Virus record (IMG/VR): IMGVR_UViG_3300031774_000005
Coordinates: 11,474-75,473 of that record
Strand: one strand, 5' to 3'
DNA: 64,000 nucleotides
From: a virus
Part shown: positions 1 through 8,835 of the stretch, in pieces
Position numbering within the stretch: position 1 is the first letter of the stretch
Layout of the letters: each line of letters begins with the position of its first letter
Made by a program: the position numbers and the translations under genes
The notes under the pieces: generated by a model
Seen by the model: the letters and a program-made list of their open reading frames with translations, nothing else
The model's database searches: none
What the model was told of the DNA's origin: nothing

Positions 1-2
1 TT

Positions 3-2036
3 GAAGAACTTAAGAAAAAAGAATACGGAGATTGTATTTTAGATGGAGAGTTAATTCTTTTTGATGGTGATGATGCACTACATAGAGCAGATACTATTGC
101 TCATGTTTTCAAAGGCAAATACAAAGACGCTAAATTAAAGTGTCATGTGTTTGATATTATTCGACATGAATCCCAAACATTAACAGATGAAGATTTAGAA
201 GATAGAATGACTATTTTATTCAATAATTATTCAGCAAAGTCTAATCAAGCAATTGCTTATCCTTCTAAAAAAGATACAAGACAGGCTGATAGTCTAAAAG
301 ATGTTGAAAAGTATGCGAAAGAAATGATGGATATTCCCACTTCCGAAGGAGTTGTTATTAAAGATGCAACTTCAACATATTATATTGGAACTAAAAAGAA
401 CCCTAAATGGATTAAATGGAAGAAGTTTGTTGATTTAGATGTAATTGTTTTAGATAAGAAAAAGACGAAAAGCAATCTTTATTCATATACTGTGGGCGTT
501 GGGCCAATTCCGGAAGATATGGAAGGACAAGAAATTGATGGTAAAAAGTATCTTAGTGTTGGTAAAGCATTGAATACTAAAGTAGCCGTTAATGTTGGAG
601 ATATTGTTAGAGTCAAAGTTGATGAAGTTAAGAAAAAAGGAGATGGGTTTAGTTTATTTTCAGCAAAGGTAATTGAAATACCGGAAGTCGAACACCCCGA
701 TAAATTAGTCACTCTTGAACTTCTATCACAAGATACCAAAAAATCACTTAACTATAATGTAGAAGCATTAACAAAGGGAATCAAAATAACTGATTATATA
801 CATGGTGAAACAAATGTAATCATGAAATCGGATATGAATGGCTTTGTAATCTATGGTTTTGAAGAAGATAATCTAATGTCTAAGAATGCTTTGGCAGATT
901 TGGATATGTGGAAAGCCCAAGCAGAAGAAATAATGAAAACTAAAGCAAGTCAATTAACGGTTGCTATTTTTCAGTATCTAAAAACAATGGGAGACAAGAC
1001 AGTAAATGATGTTCATGACTTTTTGAAGGACAAACACAAAGATATTTATGAAGATGTATTAGAATCTAAAAAGACTAAATTGAAAGATTGGTCGGATAAT
1101 AGAGACGGTATTTCATTCAAAGATAAGAAACTTCATGCTGATGATGATAAAATTATGCAAGAAGAAGAAATTATGAAATCACTTTTAATTAAAAATCAAA
1201 GACAAGAATTAATCCAAAGAATAAAACAGGAACAGGAACAGGAACAAGGACAAGGACAAATCGCTATTGAAGCAGATATGTCGGGTGATTGTTGCACTCA
1301 ATTAAAACATAAAATTATTGAAAATAGAAAACGCCAACTTGAATATTTAATGGGAAATAAATCTTGGGAAGAACTGAAAAATAACCCCCAATACAATTTA
1401 TCATCTTTTGATAATTATAATTCTTTAGAAGAAACGATGGATTGGTATTCTAATTTTATAATGAATCGGGATTGTGAATGGTTAGCGACGGAATTTATTA
1501 GTGAAAAGAATAAAGAAGAGTGGAAGAGTGTAGAAGAATATAATGAATGTTTATATGGTGAAGGATTTTCCGATAAATACGCTATGTTAAAAGAATACAA
1601 AACCCCAAAAGAAAATAGAAAGGGTTTGTTTAAAATATATTCAAGAGAAGATGATAATATAACATTAGGTATTAAACTTGAAGATGAAAGTTTATTTTGG
1701 ACTATTGACTTAGATAACCAAGAAGAAATGTTTGATTTGTTTGGTGCGGCAGGAAAATATCCGGCAGAAGTGGCTAAAAATGTCGAAAGAGGAAAGGTAG
1801 TTGATGCAGGAGATATTGAGTTAGGTGTCCAAAAAGAAGGTTATCATGAATACTTCTTGAAAGGTAATAAATTTGAAACTAAGATGCATTTTAGAGTAAT
1901 CAAGGTTGAAGGAAAAGAAATGTGGCTTGCATGGACAGGATATAAACAAGAACCTGCTGATACAGAAGGCGATAAAGGTTTATGGAATATATATGAAGAT
2001 AAATACAGTAAATTGTCAATTCCGGCTAAAAATTAG
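3..2036 (+). CDS. ATP-dependent DNA ligase-domain protein (5' truncated by the window edge), with a C-terminal LigD phosphoesterase-like domain; lies in the head module
   Basis: Frame is open from nt 3 (EELKKKEYGDCILDGELILF). Ligase motifs III ILDGE, IIIa HVFDII, IV EGVVIK and V WIKWKK, then an OB fold. C-terminus DAGDIELG..HEYFLKGNKF..WLAW resembles the LigD PE domain. Confidence 0.8.
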   Translation, partial: EELKKKEYGDCILDGELILFDGDDALHRADTIAHVFKGKYKDAKLKCHVFDIIRHESQTLTDEDLEDRMTILFNNYSAKSNQAIAYPSKKDTRQADSLKDVEKYAKEMMDIPTSEGVVIKDATSTYYIGTKKNPKWIKWKKFVDLDVIVLDKKKTKSNLYSYTVGVGPIPEDMEGQEIDGKKYLSVGKALNTKVAVNVGDIVRVKVDEVKKKGDGFSLFSAKVIEIPEVEHPDKLVTLELLSQDTKKSLNYNVEALTKGIKITDYIHGETNVIMKSDMNGFVIYGFEEDNLMSKNALADLDMWKAQAEEIMKTKASQLTVAIFQYLKTMGDKTVNDVHDFLKDKHKDIYEDVLESKKTKLKDWSDNRDGISFKDKKLHADDDKIMQEEEIMKSLLIKNQRQELIQRIKQEQEQEQGQGQIAIEADMSGDCCTQLKHKIIENRKRQLEYLMGNKSWEELKNNPQYNLSSFDNYNSLEETMDWYSNFIMNRDCEWLATEFISEKNKEEWKSVEEYNECLYGEGFSDKYAMLKEYKTPKENRKGLFKIYSREDDNITLGIKLEDESLFWTIDLDNQEEMFDLFGAAGKYPAEVAKNVERGKVVDAGDIELGVQKEGYHEYFLKGNKFETKMHFRVIKVEGKEMWLAWTGYKQEPADTEGDKGLWNIYEDKYSKLSIPAKN
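1228..1260 (+). repeat. Hexamer microsatellite (CAGGAA/CAAGGA)n encoding QEQEQEQGQGQ
   Basis: caggaacaggaacaggaacaaggacaaggacaa is directly visible. Confidence 0.8.
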
Positions 2037-2041
2037 TTGTT

Positions 2042-2051
2042 CTTTATATAG
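2042..2051 (+). promoter_or_regulatory. Putative archaeal TATA box for the head operon
   Basis: CTTTATATAG about 30 nt upstream of the protease ATG (2080); similar CTTTAAATAG precedes the Ubl gene. Confidence 0.55.
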
Positions 2052-2079
2052 TGGATAGTATAAGAAAGGGTTGAGAGGA

Positions 2080-3264
2080 ATGGTATCATCTGTAATGAAT
2101 AGAAGCAGACACGATTTCAGGATTCTTAAAGCACAAGACGATTTAATGATTGGAGGATATGCAAGCATCGAAATCGTTGATAAACAAAATGACTTAATCA
2201 CACTCAAAGCACTTAACGAAGCAGTTAAAAAATATATGGAGAACCCAAAGTTTAGAAATGTAATGACAAATCATTCTAATGTTCAAGTTGGAGAAGTAGT
2301 AAAATCATATAGAGACAAAGCAGGGAAGTTATGGAAAACCGAAGTTGATGATGTAGGATTCTTTGTAGTAATTAAGTTAAGAGACGATATAGAAAAAGCC
2401 AAAGAAATTAATAGAGGCATAAGAAAAGGTTCATTGAGGTCATTTAGTATTGGAGGACAGGCTTTAGAAAAAGTAAAGAAAAACCACCAAGAATTAGGAG
2501 ATTACAATGAAATTAGCAAACTTGAATTACATGAAGTAACAATATGTGAAAAAGGAATTAACCCCGAAGCAAGATTTGATATTTTAAAGCAAGAAAAAAA
2601 CACAAAAAAGGAAGTGAAAAATATGAGCAAAATAGAAAAAGCACTTGAAGAGTTAGATGCGCTAATGGCAGAAGTCAATACTCTACGCAAGGAAGAAGAA
2701 GAAGAAAAAACAGAACCTTTGACCGAAGAAATGGATAAAGGCGAATACATGGACACCACAGAAGAGGAAGATTTAGACACCGAAGCAAAAGCGGTTCTAA
2801 ATACTCTTGATGCTGGCGGAATAGAAATAGGCGAACCTGCTGATAGAGTTGTTATTAGCGGTGGAAAGCCTAAAGCATCTGATTTGCCCGTTGTTAAAGC
2901 ATTTGACAACAGCGAATTAGAAACTCTTGATTTGTCCGTTGGAAACATTGAGAAGGCTTACGAGGCTTTCCGTCAAGAACAACTTGAAAAGTTGGCTTAC
3001 GATAACCTCCAAAAGTCATTTGAAACAAGATTTAACCACGAAGTTTCTGCAAAAGAATCTATTTTGGCAAAATCTCAATATGATGCGGCAAGTGAAATTG
3101 CATCTCTAAAGGATGAATTTACCGCATTAAGAAAGTCTCTAACTGCTGAAAAGGAAACAATCCTAAAAGCACAAGAAGAGGCAACCGTTGAACTCCCATC
3201 TATGGATGAATTGGCCGAAATGGATTGGTCGGATATTCATAAAATGGTCGGAGGACTTAATTGA
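2080..3264 (+). CDS. HK97-type prohead protease fused to a coiled-coil scaffold
   Basis: IGGYAS..VDKQND, HSNVQVG (His), SFSIGG (Ser), LHEVTICEKGINPEARF; acidic coiled-coil C-terminal half; directly upstream of the MCP. ATG 2080 preferred over TTG 2071. Confidence 0.88.
   Translation: MVSSVMNRSRHDFRILKAQDDLMIGGYASIEIVDKQNDLITLKALNEAVKKYMENPKFRNVMTNHSNVQVGEVVKSYRDKAGKLWKTEVDDVGFFVVIKLRDDIEKAKEINRGIRKGSLRSFSIGGQALEKVKKNHQELGDYNEISKLELHEVTICEKGINPEARFDILKQEKNTKKEVKNMSKIEKALEELDALMAEVNTLRKEEEEEKTEPLTEEMDKGEYMDTTEEEDLDTEAKAVLNTLDAGGIEIGEPADRVVISGGKPKASDLPVVKAFDNSELETLDLSVGNIEKAYEAFRQEQLEKLAYDNLQKSFETRFNHEVSAKESILAKSQYDAASEIASLKDEFTALRKSLTAEKETILKAQEEATVELPSMDELAEMDWSDIHKMVGGLN
2623..3264 (+). CDS. 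Probable nested in-frame scaffolding protein
   Basis: Internal AAGGAAGTGAAAAATATG initiation signal just after the protease domain (MSKIEKALEELD...). Confidence 0.55.
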   Translation: MSKIEKALEELDALMAEVNTLRKEEEEEKTEPLTEEMDKGEYMDTTEEEDLDTEAKAVLNTLDAGGIEIGEPADRVVISGGKPKASDLPVVKAFDNSELETLDLSVGNIEKAYEAFRQEQLEKLAYDNLQKSFETRFNHEVSAKESILAKSQYDAASEIASLKDEFTALRKSLTAEKETILKAQEEATVELPSMDELAEMDWSDIHKMVGGLN

Positions 3265-3276
3265 AGGTGATTTATT

Positions 3277-4629
3277 ATGACAGGATATATTAATACAATA
3301 GCAGACTTAGAAGCACAAACCTATGGAACAGGCGCAACAGGCCATATTAGCAATCAATTGCTTAAGGCCGCAGGAACAGTAGCAGGTATTCATACTGCAC
3401 ACGATGGCTCGTTAAGCGCACCATCGGGCATTAACGCAAATCTTTACAACAAGATTTACGGCCAAAAAGTATGGTCTATGCTAAACCGAGAATGTAATGC
3501 ACTATCGGTTATTTCAAAAAGACCTTATTCATCAAGTGGTTGGAGAATTTTAAAGAAAAGACCTGCCGGTGGAGCAGGAAACCAATTAGATGTTTCTGCC
3601 GCTTCAAATACCGCATTAAGTGATGGATTATATGGTGCTGATGCACTTAGAGCAGACCGTCTTGGTGGTGTTCCGGAAAATGCAAGTCTTGATTCAAATA
3701 CAGATGGTTTGATTTCAATTGCACCGGAATATGATACACTATTTACAAGCCCTAAGATTATTGCACATCAATTCTCTTTCAGTGAATTGGCTATGGAAAT
3801 GGCTTCTATTGATGATGGAATTGGCGATATTAGAGCGCAACTAAGAGAAGATATGGGCAAGCATCACGCAGAAGTCCAAAACCAAATGCTTGTTATGCCT
3901 TTGGAAAACTATTCTCCAACAACTGCTTATGCTACCGCAAATGCCATTGATAGAGGATATACTTCTCTATTGAAGATTGTTTCTAACTCGGCTGAAATTA
4001 CCGAATTAGCGGATAACTCCGGTGGAAACCTTGTAGATGGTGCAACAGACCAAGCAATTGATACACTTTATGGAAAACTACGAAGTGCAGCAGGAAATGA
4101 ATATCTTGATTCCGAAGTTTCTTTCGGTGATGGCTACCTTTCAGCAGAAGCACGACAATTAACTCTAACTGTTCTAAACGATATGATTAGAAGACTAAGA
4201 GTTGCCGGTGGTTCTCCAAAGGTTATTCTAACAGGATATGATACTCTACAAACTATCTCGGACTTGCTACAAGCCCAAGAAAGATTCATGGATAGAAAGG
4301 AAATTGTTCCAACTGTTAATGGAGTAAGAGGCGTAAAGGGTCAAGAAGTCGGATTTAGAGTTTCAACTTACTACGACATACCAATGATTCCGGTTGCTGC
4401 TATGACTTCAACAGGAACAAACTCTTCTTTGATTAGTGATATGCTTTTCCTTGATACAGACCATTTGTGGCTATCTGTTATGAAACCAACTCAATACTTT
4501 GAAGATGGTATTTCAAACGGAAACCCATTCGGTGTCGGTTCTCTTGGAAACAAGGCTCTTTACCGAACAATGGGAGAAATGGGCTGTTCATACTTTAAGG
4601 GTCAAGGCAAAATTACAAACCTTCTGTGA
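3277..4629 (+). CDS. Major capsid protein (HK97 fold)
   Basis: 450 aa, follows the protease; GAAGGTGA RBS; features like archaeal tailed-virus MCPs (YGQKVWSMLN, PKVILTGYDT, FLDTDHL, QGKITNL). Confidence 0.85.
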   Translation: MTGYINTIADLEAQTYGTGATGHISNQLLKAAGTVAGIHTAHDGSLSAPSGINANLYNKIYGQKVWSMLNRECNALSVISKRPYSSSGWRILKKRPAGGAGNQLDVSAASNTALSDGLYGADALRADRLGGVPENASLDSNTDGLISIAPEYDTLFTSPKIIAHQFSFSELAMEMASIDDGIGDIRAQLREDMGKHHAEVQNQMLVMPLENYSPTTAYATANAIDRGYTSLLKIVSNSAEITELADNSGGNLVDGATDQAIDTLYGKLRSAAGNEYLDSEVSFGDGYLSAEARQLTLTVLNDMIRRLRVAGGSPKVILTGYDTLQTISDLLQAQERFMDRKEIVPTVNGVRGVKGQEVGFRVSTYYDIPMIPVAAMTSTGTNSSLISDMLFLDTDHLWLSVMKPTQYFEDGISNGNPFGVGSLGNKALYRTMGEMGCSYFKGQGKITNLL

Positions 4630-4639
4630 GGCGATTTAA

Positions 4640-4975
4640 TTGACACACACAGTAAGTTTGTTAGCAGACCATAAAGGTTTTACAAAGCCTAAAGCAATTG
4701 GTGATGAGTATATGGTTGATGCCATTGTAAATATTACCGCTTATGTTCAAGGTGGAATAACTCTAACTGCTGCTTCTGTCGGATTGAGCCAAATAACTCA
4801 ATTAATGGTGACAGGAGTTGAAGAAATAGGGCAATCAGCAAGAGCAGTTGTTTCCAATACAGGGGCATATGAATCCATTAGTAGTGCTAAAATTATTCTT
4901 TCAACAGGTTCGGCTCAATTAGCCGGAACTTCCGATGAAGGGATTGTTAGGATTAGAGTTTATGGATTGCTTTGA
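4640..4975 (+). CDS. Putative virion/head protein
   Basis: TTG start after GAGGCGA; beta-rich, immediately after the MCP. Confidence 0.55.
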   Translation: MTHTVSLLADHKGFTKPKAIGDEYMVDAIVNITAYVQGGITLTAASVGLSQITQLMVTGVEEIGQSARAVVSNTGAYESISSAKIILSTGSAQLAGTSDEGIVRIRVYGLL

Positions 4976-4986
4976 GGGTGATTTAG

Positions 4987-5307
4987 TTGGCAACAATTAA
5001 ATTAGCCAAAGGAGCAAGGTCTAAGACTTTGTTGATGTTTGGTGAAATACTAAATAGAGACGCTACCGTTGAAGTAGAGGCTATTGATGCTCTTAGAGTA
5101 TATGGTGATTCTAACTTAGATATTTCTTTTACTGAAAGCGATAGGAAAGATTTGAAACAAATTGACCCTAAAATGCTTACAAGGCTAACTAAGGCTTTTG
5201 GTAAAGAAATAACTACGCACGATGAGATGTGTAAGGAATTATTACCTGCTAAAACAAGAGCAAAGAAAGCCCCTGCTAAACCTAAAAAGGCTTCTTTAGA
5301 AGAATAA
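4987..5307 (+). CDS. Hypothetical protein with basic C-terminus
   Basis: GGGTGA RBS; operon position. Confidence 0.6.
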   Translation: MATIKLAKGARSKTLLMFGEILNRDATVEVEAIDALRVYGDSNLDISFTESDRKDLKQIDPKMLTRLTKAFGKEITTHDEMCKELLPAKTRAKKAPAKPKKASLEE

Positions 5308-5364
5308 TAGACCCATAGCATTAATAGGGAAAGCCCCTGTTCATGGTTTGAAGGAGATAGAGAT

Positions 5365-5643
5365 ATGGCAAGTTGCAGAAGTAGCGGAGTATTGACCGGA
5401 AGCGCAGTAGTTTATTCCGGAAAGTGTAAATTGATTTCTATTCATGCTTGTGAGGTTGCAGGTTCAGCCGCAACTGTAAAAGTGTGGGATAATGCAAGTG
5501 CAGCAAGCGGTAAAGAATTAGCAAGGATTGTTTTATCCGCTAATCAAACAATTGAATTTGATATGCATGGAGTAATCTGTTCAAATGGATTATTCTTTGA
5601 AGAAGATGCAGGTTCAGTTGCAGTTTCTATTGAATTTGCTTGA
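5365..5643 (+). CDS. Small beta-rich putative virion protein
   Basis: GGAG RBS; jelly-roll-like composition. Confidence 0.55.
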   Translation: MASCRSSGVLTGSAVVYSGKCKLISIHACEVAGSAATVKVWDNASAASGKELARIVLSANQTIEFDMHGVICSNGLFFEEDAGSVAVSIEFA

Positions 5644-5652
5644 GGTTTTATT

Positions 5653-6036
5653 ATGCCAGCGTTAAGCCAAGATACCCGTTTAGTTATGACTATACTTTTT
5701 GTTGGAGCATTAAGTGGAACAAATGTTTGGGCGTATGCTCAATTCGGAACAGGATTTCCTTATGGAGCATTAGCACATTCGGTTTTATTTGGATTAGGAA
5801 CAATAGGTGCAATCATGGTTATGAAGGCCGTTTTTGATTTAGTCTTAAATGACAAGATAGAAATGTGGCTTCTTGATAGAAAGATAGCGGCCTTTTGGGA
5901 AAGAAAAGCAAGAGACGAGCAACAAAGAAACAAGATGCGTGAAAGCGCAAGACAATACAATACTAATCTTTATCAAGGTATTCAAGAAGAAGAAGAGAAT
6001 ACTGTTGGTAATGAGTTCTTAGCCGCATTACAATAG
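5653..6036 (+). CDS. Membrane protein (2 TM) with C-terminal coiled coil
   Basis: Hydrophobic LVMTILFVGALSG and SVLFGLGTIGAIMVM segments; charged helical tail. Confidence 0.7.
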   Translation: MPALSQDTRLVMTILFVGALSGTNVWAYAQFGTGFPYGALAHSVLFGLGTIGAIMVMKAVFDLVLNDKIEMWLLDRKIAAFWERKARDEQQRNKMRESARQYNTNLYQGIQEEEENTVGNEFLAALQ

Positions 6037-6047
6037 GCGGTGAAAGA

Positions 6048-6266
6048 ATGGTCTTTGGAGATTTAATGGGGTTCTCGGACTCCGATTATGCTTATAATCA
6101 AACAAGAGCGCATTCTGCCGATATTTTCTTTTTGAAAATGAGAGCATGGTTTTGGGGTTCTTGTGTAGGGCTATCCGCTTTTCTAATTGGAAACATAATG
6201 GGCGTATTTGATATTAATGTAATGGGTTGGATTATAGAAAAAGTATCGGGTTTATGGGGTCATTGA
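6048..6266 (+). CDS. Small single-pass membrane protein
   Basis: AWFWGSCVGLSAFLIGNIMGVF; GGCGGTGA RBS. Confidence 0.7.
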   Translation: MVFGDLMGFSDSDYAYNQTRAHSADIFFLKMRAWFWGSCVGLSAFLIGNIMGVFDINVMGWIIEKVSGLWGH

Positions 6267-6267
6267 T

Positions 6268-6936
6268 ATGTCATTAATGACAGGCTTTGCTATATTAGTT
6301 GGTGAAGCAGTTATTGGTTTTTGGAAGAAAGTCCACGCTATTAATTTTGGAGTGTATGGAGCAACAATGGTTGGTAAAACAACACTAAGTCACCAATTAA
6401 GAACAAGGGGAGAAGTTCCTCAAATTAATGAAAGAACAGTAGGACTACATAGAGCATCGAGAAAAAATGTAAAAATTGATGGTGATTCACATACAATAAA
6501 AAGTGCTGACATAGGAGGGGAAGCGATTTATTGGAAAGAATGGGTCAAAGATATGCAAAAGCGTAGAGTAAAATATATTATTTTTATGATAGACCATAGG
6601 CATTTAGATAATGAAGCAAATTTAGACCATCAAGTAGCATGGAAGTTTTTAGTTGATACCATTGTGTCGGATTTATGGCCAACAAATAGGAAAAAAAGAG
6701 AATCGGATTATCCTATGGCTATCGGAATATGGGCTAACAAATATGACATATGGGGAGAAAAATATCCATTAGAAGAAGGCCAAACCATAGACAAACATAA
6801 AATATTTGAACCTTTTAAGTATGGAATGAGGCAGTTGAACGACAAGGGAATACCTTGTTTCAAATATATAGTATCGGCAAAATCAGACCCCGAAATGGTA
6901 TATAGAGGCGTAATGACGATGATAAAGGATTATTGA
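6268..6936 (+). CDS. Ras-superfamily (Arf/Sar1-like) small GTPase
   Basis: G1 GATMVGKTT, G2 RTVG, G3 DIGGE, G4 NKYD, G5 SAK; hydrophobic N-terminal helix. Confidence 0.88.
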   Translation: MSLMTGFAILVGEAVIGFWKKVHAINFGVYGATMVGKTTLSHQLRTRGEVPQINERTVGLHRASRKNVKIDGDSHTIKSADIGGEAIYWKEWVKDMQKRRVKYIIFMIDHRHLDNEANLDHQVAWKFLVDTIVSDLWPTNRKKRESDYPMAIGIWANKYDIWGEKYPLEEGQTIDKHKIFEPFKYGMRQLNDKGIPCFKYIVSAKSDPEMVYRGVMTMIKDY

Positions 6937-6941
6937 TTATT

Positions 6942-7502
6942 ATGTGGTTTAATATCTTAAAAAGACAAACTAAATTATACAATTATGACCCAGATTTTTT
7001 AAATCCTTATGGCGAAGTGTCTCACTTTCATGGAAGCAGGGCATCAAAAGAAAAATTATTAGAAGAAGGATTAAAACCTCAAGGAAAATATATTAGTCAT
7101 CCTAAAGGATATACAAAAGAACATTATAGAGATTTAGTTAAACCCGATAATAAAAATAAAAAATCATTGATATGGGCGGCAGGAAAAGAACAAGGACTTC
7201 CCTTAGAATACGGAGAATCTAAAGAAAATGTCAAAGAAACAAAAGTTGATTATAATTCTTTATTTGATGAAAGGGGAATGCTATTACCAAATCCTAAAAT
7301 TCTTGAATCTAACAAAACTATAAGGACAGAAGGAAATATAGTAGGCATTAGAGGAAAGGATATTGATTGGAACAGAAGCGAGTCACCTATTTACAAAATA
7401 GGAACAAAATGGTATATCCATAATAAACCAATTGACCCAGATAGATTAGTATTTCTAACAATAGAACAATGGAAAAAATATTTAAACAAGAAAGGCGATT
7501 AA
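6942..7502 (+). CDS. ADP-ribosyltransferase-fold (Tpt1/KptA-like) protein with an MWFNILK N-terminus
   Basis: HFHGS..KEKLLEEGLKP (HG[ST]..GL.P motif) and terminal WYIHNKPIDPDRL. Confidence 0.55.
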   Translation: MWFNILKRQTKLYNYDPDFLNPYGEVSHFHGSRASKEKLLEEGLKPQGKYISHPKGYTKEHYRDLVKPDNKNKKSLIWAAGKEQGLPLEYGESKENVKETKVDYNSLFDERGMLLPNPKILESNKTIRTEGNIVGIRGKDIDWNRSESPIYKIGTKWYIHNKPIDPDRLVFLTIEQWKKYLNKKGD

Positions 7503-7503
7503 A

Positions 7504-8166
7504 ATGTATAACAACCAATTAATAGGACAAACCGCACCGCAACAATTTAACCCTGCACTAAATCCCTTACAACAAGCAAGGGCAAGTGGGGTTGTTCAAG
7601 AATATAAGTTTATAACTTTTAAACCAAAGAAGCAACAAAAGGAACTTATTAATGTTTTAAAAGCAGAACCTAAAAAATTTATAGGAATTAAATATGGTAA
7701 AAAATTTAATTTAAAAGATAGGTGCGTTGTTTGCGGGTATCATCATATTTGGGAACAAGGAGATTATATGCGACCACCTATTCCTTTAGATGGAGTAATT
7801 AAAGGAAGACCACTAAGAGGAACATATTGCCCTAAACACGCATCACATTATATGCAGTTAGAAATGCTACAACAACAGATACTTGCAGATAAACACGGAT
7901 TAGATTTTAAAGCGTTTAAACCTAAGATGCCAAAGATACTAAAAAGTGGCCCAATCAAAAGTTTAACAAGAGAAGATGTTTTGTCATTAACTAACGCAGG
8001 TTGGTTTATAACCCCGCCCGCTTTAGCAGATAACAAGACGGCTACTGATGAAGTAATACGATTAATCACAGAAATAAATATAATGACAGACAGAATGAAT
8101 CATTTGATGTTAAAATACGAAATTAAGGCAACTAACGAAGAACCAATAGAAAATAAGGAGGACTAA
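7504..8166 (+). CDS. Zn-binding protein (CxxC...CxxH) of the GTPase cluster
   Basis: CVVCGYHH ... YCPKH. Confidence 0.6.
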   Translation: MYNNQLIGQTAPQQFNPALNPLQQARASGVVQEYKFITFKPKKQQKELINVLKAEPKKFIGIKYGKKFNLKDRCVVCGYHHIWEQGDYMRPPIPLDGVIKGRPLRGTYCPKHASHYMQLEMLQQQILADKHGLDFKAFKPKMPKILKSGPIKSLTREDVLSLTNAGWFITPPALADNKTATDEVIRLITEINIMTDRMNHLMLKYEIKATNEEPIENKED

Positions 8167-8168
8167 TT

Positions 8169-8822
8169 ATGGGAATATTAGGAACAAGTAATGGAACAGT
8201 GATGAACGCAGTTCAAGCAACAAGCGACCAACAATTTAAGAATGTAAATAATTTACTTTCTTTACAAGATAATCATGTTGAGGAATTTTTTCAATATCAT
8301 GGTGAACAATTTTTATCGGCTCTTGAAAAACTAATGGAAGATGTAGTTCAACGAGTTGTTTCTCAAATGCTTAGTAAATTAGCATTTACATCTAACGGTG
8401 CTTCTATAACAATTAATGCTGATGCTATGAGAGAATTTGAAAAAATTACTCAAGAGAATATTGATTTGGATATTCAAAAGTTGCTAAATTCAGCAATTAA
8501 TACAGAAGTAGTTAATCAAAGAAAATTAGCCAAACAACAATATTTAGAATCTCAAGGATTTAGTGGCGGTGGACAAATGCAACAACCAAGCGCAGGTATG
8601 GCAGTAGCGGGATTAACAGGTAATACTCAACAATATCAACAAATGCAAGGTGCTATGAATAATGGAACAGGCTATCCTATTCCTCCTAATGGAACAGACG
8701 GATATGGTAGGCCATATTGGATTGATGCTCAAGGACAAATGAGTTATGAACCCCCACAAAGCGGTTTAGGATTAGGTTCAGCAATACAAAAAGGTGCGGC
8801 TTGGGCTAAATGGCTAATGTGA
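8169..8822 (+). CDS. Helical Q/G-rich protein with C-terminal amphipathic helix
   Basis: Low-complexity Q/G segment; ends GLGLGSAIQKGAAWAKWLM. Confidence 0.6.
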   Translation: MGILGTSNGTVMNAVQATSDQQFKNVNNLLSLQDNHVEEFFQYHGEQFLSALEKLMEDVVQRVVSQMLSKLAFTSNGASITINADAMREFEKITQENIDLDIQKLLNSAINTEVVNQRKLAKQQYLESQGFSGGGQMQQPSAGMAVAGLTGNTQQYQQMQGAMNNGTGYPIPPNGTDGYGRPYWIDAQGQMSYEPPQSGLGLGSAIQKGAAWAKWLM

Positions 8823-8835
8823 GGGGGAAATAAAT

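Noticed and set aside
5653-6266. Classical holin-endolysin cassette
   Set aside because: No muralytic enzyme is present and the inferred host lacks peptidoglycan; the TM proteins are treated as part of the GTPase cluster instead
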